From NCBI GenBank assembly GCA_029252195.1, contig JAQXBV010000090.1, forward strand, positions 10,815 to 74,814: DNA of 64,000 nt. The letters run 5' to 3'. A program made the translations under genes and the position numbers. This document shows, piece after piece, positions 58,501 through 64,000 of this stretch. A model generated the notes under the pieces. The model was not told the DNA's origin, searched no databases, and saw nothing but the letters and a program-made list of their open reading frames with translations. Position 1 is the stretch's first letter; each line of letters opens with the position of its first letter. Source of the DNA: Yoonia sp. Its GTDB lineage: Bacteria; Pseudomonadota; Alphaproteobacteria; Rhodobacterales; Rhodobacteraceae.

Positions 58501-59375
58501 GCCTCGTAACTCTTCGCAAAGACCTTCAGATGGGCCAGAATCGCCTGCACCTTGCTCGTGCGGTGCAAATCCACATGGGTGACCAGCCACAGTTTTGATG
58601 CCCAATCCGCCCTTTGCGCAATGACCTCCACGAGATCGCAACTTTCGGTCATGTCGAAATCCGACAGAAACCCGATGCCCGCCCCTGCAAGGATCGCATC
58701 GACCATATTGCGCTCGTCAGTTGCCTGATAGACGATCCGCGCATCGCCCACTGTCGCCCGCAACCACTTGTTAAACGGTGCACGATTGACCTCGCTGTAA
58801 TGGCCGACAAAGCGGTGATGGCGTAAATCGGCCTCGGATGCGGGCATCCCGTGACGCGAGATATAGCCCTTTGACGCCACCAACCGCACATTCAAATCCA
58901 GAAACGGCTGCACCACATTGTCAGGCTGGTCGGGCATATCGCCCGCACGGATCGCCACATGCGCCTCGCCATATTCCAATCGAAACAGCCGCTCACCCGT
59001 CAAGAACCGGACCCGCACATCAGGGTGTTCTTCTTGGAACGCCACCAGCGCAGGGGTCAATAGCCGTGACAGCTCCCCCAGCGAGGTGATCACCAAATCA
59101 CCGCTGACGCCCTCGCCCTGCCCCTTGATCCGACCAGCAAGTTGCGTGAACTGATCTTCGGTCGCTTGCGCAACGACGAGCAGATCATTGCCCGCCTCCG
59201 TCGCTGTATAGCCGCGCGCATGACGCTGGAAGAGCTTCACGCCCAGACGGCCCTCCAGCGCGTCAATATGGCGAATGACGGTCGCGTGATGCACGCCCAG
59301 CGCCTCCGCCGCACCCGACACCGTGCCATTGCGTGCCACCTGATAGGCGGTGCGGATTTCGTCCCAATTATCCAT
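58497..59375 (-). CDS. LysR-family transcriptional regulator
   Basis: MDNWDEIRTAYQVARNGTVSGAAEALGVHHATVIRHIDALE. Confidence 0.92.
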   Translation of the reverse strand: MDNWDEIRTAYQVARNGTVSGAAEALGVHHATVIRHIDALEGRLGVKLFQRHARGYTATEAGNDLLVVAQATEDQFTQLAGRIKGQGEGVSGDLVITSLGELSRLLTPALVAFQEEHPDVRVRFLTGERLFRLEYGEAHVAIRAGDMPDQPDNVVQPFLDLNVRLVASKGYISRHGMPASEADLRHHRFVGHYSEVNRAPFNKWLRATVGDARIVYQATDERNMVDAILAGAGIGFLSDFDMTESCDLVEVIAQRADWASKLWLVTHVDLHRTSKVQAILAHLKVFAKSYEA

Positions 59376-59529
59376 GACGTTCAACTTGTGCAAATACGAA
59401 CATTAAAGCATGTTAGATCGCATTTACGTTCGCCACCACAAGATTAAAGTCGCACCTTAACGCAGCTGTGATGCCGCGCGGACGCCTCCTGTTGACTCAC
59501 CACCCCCAAACAGTCTAGACGCACCTTAA

Positions 59530-59671
59530 CTCCGGATAGCACCAGCTTTCCGGTCCCTATTCATAGGGATCGCCCTCCGTCAGCGCGTTGCGCCCACGGG
59601 GGCGCTACTGCATAGAGCATTGCGTTCCTATATAAGGAGCCGATGTAACGACTAACGAGGGCACAGCGCCG
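59530..59671 (+). ncRNA. Structured ffh 5' leader (alphaproteobacterial ffh motif-like)
   Basis: Hairpins CCGGA/TCCGG, TCCCTA/TAGGGA and GCGCCC-ACGG-GGGCGC downstream of TTGACT-N18-TAGACG. Confidence 0.5.
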
Positions 59672-61174
59672 ATGTTTGAGAACCTATCCGACCGCCTATC
59701 AGGCGTCTTTGACAAGCTCACCAAACAAGGTGCGCTCTCTGAGGATGACGTCAAGACCGCGCTGCGCGAGGTCCGCGTGGCCTTGCTTGAGGCCGACGTC
59801 TCGCTCCCCGTCGCCCGCGACTTTATCGCCGCCGTGCAGAAAAAGGCGACGGGTCAAGCCGTCACCAAGTCAATTCAGCCCGGCCAGCAAGTCGTCAAAA
59901 TCGTGCACGACGAACTGCAGCACATCCTGACAGGCGACACTGATCCCGGCGCGCTCAAGATCGACAACGCCCCTGCGCCGATCCTTATGGTCGGTCTGCA
60001 AGGCTCGGGCAAAACCACGACGACGGCTAAACTCGCCAAACGCCTCAAGGAACGTGAAGGCAAGCGTGTTCTTATGGCCTCGCTCGACACCAACCGCCCC
60101 GCCGCGATGGAACAGCTTGCCATCCTGGGCGCGCAAATCGGCGTCGACACCCTGCCCATCATCAAGGGCGAAACACCCGTTCAGATCGCCAAACGTGCGA
60201 AAACCCAAGCGGCGATGGGCGGCTACGACGTCTATATGCTCGACACCGCAGGCCGCTTGCACATCGACGCAGACCTGATCGCGCAAGCCGCCGAGGTCCG
60301 CGACGCAGTCAACCCTCGCGAAACCCTGCTCGTCGTTGACGGTCTGACAGGCCAAGACGCGGTGAACGTCGCGCAAGAATTCGACGACAAAATCGGCGTC
60401 ACCGGCGTCGTCCTTACCCGCATGGACGGCGACGGTCGCGGCGGTGCGGCGCTCTCGATGCGGGCCATCACCGGCAAGCCGATCCGCTTCGTCGGTGTTG
60501 GCGAAAAGATGGACGCGATCGAGACTTTCGAGCCATCGCGCATTGCGGGCCGCATCCTTGGCATGGGCGACATCGTCGCGCTGGTCGAGAAGGCACAAGA
60601 AACCATCGAGGCCGAACAAGCCGAACGGATGATGCGCCGCTTCCAAAAAGGTCGCTTCAACTTCAACGACCTCAAGATGCAGCTTGAACAGATGATCAAA
60701 ATGGGCGGCATGGAAGGCATGATGGGCATGATGCCTGGCATGGGCAAAATGAAGTCTCAGATGGACGCCGCAGGGCTCGACGATAAAATCCTGACCCGCC
60801 AGATCGCCCTGATCAACTCCATGACCAAGAAAGAGCGGGCCAATCCAGAACTGCTCGCAGCCTCCCGCAAAAAACGGATCGCCGCGGGTGCAGGTCTTGA
60901 GGTCTCTGAACTCAACAAGCTCGTCAAGCAGCAGCGCCAAATGGGCGACATGATGAAGAAGATGGGTAAAATGGGCAAAGGCGGCATGCTCAAACAGGCA
61001 ATGAAAGGCATGTTCGGCGGCAAAGACGCAGGCACCATGCCCGATATGAACGATCCTGCCGCGATGGCCGAGGCCGCAAAGGCGCTCAAAGGCAAACTGC
61101 CCGCGGGCTTTCCGGGCATGGGCGCGGGTGCAGCCCTTCCCCCCGGCCTATCCGGTTTCGGAAAAAAGAAATAA
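59672..61174 (+). CDS. ffh: Signal recognition particle protein
   Basis: GLQGSGKTTT, DTAGR, TRMDGDGRGG, M-domain INSMT...RKKRIAAGAG. Confidence 0.98.
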   Translation: MFENLSDRLSGVFDKLTKQGALSEDDVKTALREVRVALLEADVSLPVARDFIAAVQKKATGQAVTKSIQPGQQVVKIVHDELQHILTGDTDPGALKIDNAPAPILMVGLQGSGKTTTTAKLAKRLKEREGKRVLMASLDTNRPAAMEQLAILGAQIGVDTLPIIKGETPVQIAKRAKTQAAMGGYDVYMLDTAGRLHIDADLIAQAAEVRDAVNPRETLLVVDGLTGQDAVNVAQEFDDKIGVTGVVLTRMDGDGRGGAALSMRAITGKPIRFVGVGEKMDAIETFEPSRIAGRILGMGDIVALVEKAQETIEAEQAERMMRRFQKGRFNFNDLKMQLEQMIKMGGMEGMMGMMPGMGKMKSQMDAAGLDDKILTRQIALINSMTKKERANPELLAASRKKRIAAGAGLEVSELNKLVKQQRQMGDMMKKMGKMGKGGMLKQAMKGMFGGKDAGTMPDMNDPAAMAEAAKALKGKLPAGFPGMGAGAALPPGLSGFGKKK

Positions 61175-61225
61175 TGCACCACCGCGCGGCATATGATGGA
61201 CAGATACGGGCACTTCTCGCCCCGA

Positions 61226-61258
61226 TTTTCTATGTCCAATCAAAATCCCGCCGGAGGC
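61226..61258 (+). repeat. Repeat family B-related element
   Basis: ...CCAATCAAAATCCCGCCGGAGGC. Confidence 0.4.
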
Positions 61259-61286
61259 TGCAAGTCCTCTGTGCAGGAGGCACCCT

Positions 61287-61838
61287 ATGAGCCTCACAAA
61301 CGCCCCCGTCCTCGTGACCAAAAACCTCACGCTGCGCGGCCCGCAAAAATCCGATCTCGCGGCCTTCACCGAAATGGTCACCAATTCCGAACGGATGAAC
61401 CTCATCGGCGGCAATGGCACCGAGAACGAGGCATGGCGCGGCTTCATCGCAGGGATCGGCCATTGGCACTGGCACGGCTACGGCTTCTTCACCATTGAAG
61501 ACACCGCCAGTGGCTTGCCTATCGGGCGCGTTGGCATCCTCAACCACATAGATTGGCCGCAGCCCGAACTCGCTTGGCATATGTTCGACGGCTATGAGGG
61601 CAAATCGCTTTGCTATGAGGCCGCCGTTGCCGTGCGCGCTTGGGCTGGCTCCATTGGCCTGCCTGTGCTGATCTCGCTCATCGCGCCAGCCAACACGCGC
61701 TCGCTCGCACTCGCAAAACGCTTGGGTGCGATTGAAAAATCCCGCATGACCCATTGCGACGAAGAAACCATCTCCATGTTGCACTTGGCCTATGATCATC
61801 CGACGGCCCGCGCCCAACTGGCCGAGGTGACCCCATGA
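61287..61838 (+). CDS. GNAT acetyltransferase (RimJ/RimL-like) 1
   Basis: GHWHWHGYG, ELAW and NTRSLALAKRLG. Confidence 0.88.
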   Translation: MSLTNAPVLVTKNLTLRGPQKSDLAAFTEMVTNSERMNLIGGNGTENEAWRGFIAGIGHWHWHGYGFFTIEDTASGLPIGRVGILNHIDWPQPELAWHMFDGYEGKSLCYEAAVAVRAWAGSIGLPVLISLIAPANTRSLALAKRLGAIEKSRMTHCDEETISMLHLAYDHPTARAQLAEVTP

Positions 61839-62350
61839 GCGTCACCCTCCAAACACCGCGCCTCGTCATGCGCCGTCCACAACCGGGCGATTGGATGGCG
61901 TTCCACGACTTCATGATGTCGGACCGCGCAACTGCTTTTGGTAGCAACGGCGACTTGGCCAAAACATGGCGCTCCTTCGCCGCTGAACTCGGTCATTGGG
62001 AAATCTTCGGCTACGGCATGTGGGCTGTAACCCTGCGCGGCGACAACGACTGTGTCGGTCTCGTCGGGCCTTGGACGCCGCCCGACTGGCCGGAAACCGA
62101 GATTGGCTGGATGATGTTCGACTCCTCCGTTGAAGGCACAGGCATCGCCTCCGAGGCCGCCACCGCCGCGATCAAACATGCCTATGATGTGCTGGGCTGG
62201 CAAACCGCCGTCAGCTACATCGCGCATACAAACGTGCGCTCGATCCGCTTGGCCGAAAAGCTGGGCGCAAAACTCGATGTTGCGGCCAAGGGCCCGACAC
62301 CAGAGACGCTCGTTTACCGCCACCCCGTGCCTAAAGGGGTGAAGCTATGA
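61835..62350 (+). CDS. GNAT acetyltransferase (RimJ/RimL-like) 2
   Basis: LQTPRLVMR, GHWEIFGYG, ETEIGW and NVRSIRLAEKLG. Confidence 0.88.
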   Translation: MSVTLQTPRLVMRRPQPGDWMAFHDFMMSDRATAFGSNGDLAKTWRSFAAELGHWEIFGYGMWAVTLRGDNDCVGLVGPWTPPDWPETEIGWMMFDSSVEGTGIASEAATAAIKHAYDVLGWQTAVSYIAHTNVRSIRLAEKLGAKLDVAAKGPTPETLVYRHPVPKGVKL

Positions 62351-62420
62351 CCAAATTTGCAGTGCACGCTTGGTGCACGCCCCGTGCGCTTAAATCGCAC
62401 GCACAATCTGAGCTGATATC

Positions 62421-63020
62421 ATGATTGATCCAAACGCAAACCGCCTGCCTTGGGAAGCCCTACCCCAGCAACAAGCCGCCGTCGCCGTCGAGCGGATCGG
62501 CCAAGCTTTGCCGCGTATCTTCACGGACCGCACCGTCATGCGCGGCCCCTACATGGAAGACTTCGACGTCTTCGCCGATATGGTCATTTCCGACCGTGGC
62601 CGCTACATCGCAGGGCCTTTGACACGCGAAGGCGCTTGGGACGATTTCATCCAATTGACCGCCAGCTGGATCCTGCGCGGTTGCGGGCTTTGGACCGTCG
62701 AGGACCAAGAAGACAAAACCGTTCTTGGCTTTGTTCTGCTCGGCCATGAGACAGGTGATCCAGAACCAGAACTCGGGTTCCTGTTCACTGAAGAGGCCGA
62801 AGGCAAAGGCTACGCATTCGAGGCCGCCGAGAAAGCACGCAACAACGCCTGGAACGCCCTGAGCTTTGACACATTGGTCAGCTACATCGACCCCGACAAC
62901 GAGCGGGCGATCAAACTGGCGCTGCGCCTTGGTGCCGAGCGCGACCCTGCTGGCGATCACGAAGGCACCCACTGCTACCGCTACCCCCGCCCAGACGCGC
63001 CAAAGGTTCCGCACATATGA
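62421..63020 (+). CDS. GNAT acetyltransferase (RimJ/RimL-like) 3
   Basis: ASWILRGCG, PELGF, EGKGYAFEAA and NERAIKLALRLG. Confidence 0.88.
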   Translation: MIDPNANRLPWEALPQQQAAVAVERIGQALPRIFTDRTVMRGPYMEDFDVFADMVISDRGRYIAGPLTREGAWDDFIQLTASWILRGCGLWTVEDQEDKTVLGFVLLGHETGDPEPELGFLFTEEAEGKGYAFEAAEKARNNAWNALSFDTLVSYIDPDNERAIKLALRLGAERDPAGDHEGTHCYRYPRPDAPKVPHI

Positions 63021-63313
63021 CAACAGATTCAGCCCGCGCCGCAGCCTTGCTCAAAGGCCACCGCGAAAGCATTGACCGCCTCGACGCGATCCTCGTCTAC
63101 ACGCTTGGGGAACGCTTCAAGCACACCCAAGCCGTAGGGGTGCTTAAGGCTGAGCACGACCTTCCGCCGTCCGATCCTGCCCGCGAAGCCACGCAGATCG
63201 CACGGTTGACCCAGCTTGCAGAACAGGCCGACCTAGACCCTGATTTTGCCAAGAAATTCCTGAATTTCATTATTCAGGAAGTGATCCAACACCACAAACA
63301 ACATCAATCGTAA
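63017..63313 (+). CDS. Chorismate mutase (AroQ type)
   Basis: RESIDRLDA...ERFKHT...DPAREATQIARL. Confidence 0.9.
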   Translation: MTTDSARAAALLKGHRESIDRLDAILVYTLGERFKHTQAVGVLKAEHDLPPSDPAREATQIARLTQLAEQADLDPDFAKKFLNFIIQEVIQHHKQHQS

Positions 63314-63362
63314 CGGTGGGGGTTCGCCCTGCCAAACTACCTAAAACAAAGGACTATCTATC

Positions 63363-63758
63363 ATGGCTATGAAAATTCGTCTCGCACGCGGCGGTTCCAA
63401 AAAGCGCCCTCACTACGCAATCGTTGCAGCAGACAGCCGCATGCCACGCGACGGCCGCTTCCTTGAGAAGCTCGGCACATATGCACCAATGCTGCCAAAA
63501 GACAGCGAAGAGCGCGTGAAAATGGACATGGAGCGCGTTCAGTACTGGCTGTCCCAAGGCGCACAGCCAACAGACCGCGTTTCCCGTATGCTGGAAGCTG
63601 CTGGCGTTCTGCCCAAGAAAGACCGCGCAAACCTGAAAAAGGGTGAGCCAGGCAAAGCGGCGAAAGCACGCGTTGAAGAAAAAGCGAAAAAGGCAGCAGC
63701 CGCAGCCGAAGCTGCCGCAGCACCTGCACCAGCAGCGGAAGAAGCTGCCGCTGAATAA
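63363..63758 (+). CDS. rpsP: 30S ribosomal protein S16
   Basis: [36 protein letters not shown]. Confidence 0.97.
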   Translation: MAMKIRLARGGSKKRPHYAIVAADSRMPRDGRFLEKLGTYAPMLPKDSEERVKMDMERVQYWLSQGAQPTDRVSRMLEAAGVLPKKDRANLKKGEPGKAAKARVEEKAKKAAAAAEAAAAPAPAAEEAAAE

Positions 63759-63764
63759 GCGACA

Positions 63765-63789
63765 TTGCCCGAGCCTCGCGCTCGGGCAA
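63765..63789. repeat. Perfect 10-bp inverted repeat between rpsP and rimM
   Basis: TTGCCCGAGC-CTCGC-GCTCGGGCAA. Confidence 0.55.
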
Positions 63790-63850
63790 CACCCGCCCGC
63801 TTTTTTGCAAAAAGCCTGCACTTTGTAGGGTTTTGCCAAGGAGTTCGCAC

Positions 63851-64000
63851 ATGTCTGACCGTATCGTAGTTGGCACCCTTGGCGGTGCGTTTGGGGTGGC
63901 TGGTGAAGTCCGCCTCAAGTCGTTTTGCGCCGACCCCGAAGCGATAGGTGACTATGCCCCGCTGACCACCGAGGACGGGAAAGTCTTTCCGATGCTCGTG
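63851..64000 (+). CDS. rimM: Ribosome maturation factor RimM (partial; runs off the window)
   Basis: Read manually: [43 protein letters not shown]; follows rpsP; AGGAG RBS. Confidence 0.92.
   Translation, partial: MSDRIVVGTLGGAFGVAGEVRLKSFCADPEAIGDYAPLTTEDGKVFPMLV

Noticed and set aside
59400-59671. SRP RNA (ffs) next to ffh
   Set aside because: No domain IV signature (GGAA tetraloop flanked by the CAGG/AGCAG internal loop) was found.
63363-63758. Ala/Glu/Lys-rich C-terminal extension of S16
   Set aside because: Common in alphaproteobacterial S16; not unusual.
1-64000. Prophage, integrase, IS transposase, tRNA or rRNA
   Set aside because: No such coding motifs, terminal inverted repeats with target duplications, or cloverleaf/rRNA signatures were seen by eye; a tRNAscan/ISEScan run would be the formal check.

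Overview
A 64-kb stretch of chromosomal backbone from a GC-rich alphaproteobacterium. Gene order and protein style point to Rhodobacteraceae/Roseobacter group (inference). Intact housekeeping blocks include rpe, deoC with an ALDH16-type dehydrogenase, creatinase, gabD, hyi, glcDEF, ibpA, polA, rpiB, nth, ada, the Fo ATP synthase operon, and ffh-GNAT x3-chorismate mutase-rpsP-rimM. I found no transposase, prophage, CRISPR array, rRNA or tRNA. Strongest candidate for an undescribed system: a nine-gene, translationally coupled minus-strand operon (9827-17176) encoding a long coiled-coil protein, a classical-clade AAA ATPase with a non-canonical Walker B (IDDID), DUF6638- and DUF1523-type proteins and several small membrane proteins. 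Second: a highly structured ~125-nt leader upstream of creatinase, with a three-way junction, GAAA and UUCG tetraloops and an alternative anti-Shine-Dalgarno pairing; it matches no riboswitch I recognise. Other observations: matched TTGGT-N11-ACCAAT operators linking a distant GntR/FadR regulator to glcDEF; a ROSE-like thermometer on ibpA; a GTAG-type REP family whose copies supply stop codons to host genes; a MoxR/vWA operon; and six inactivating lesions in five accessory genes, with none seen in core genes. Family names are assigned from motif recognition, not from database searches.
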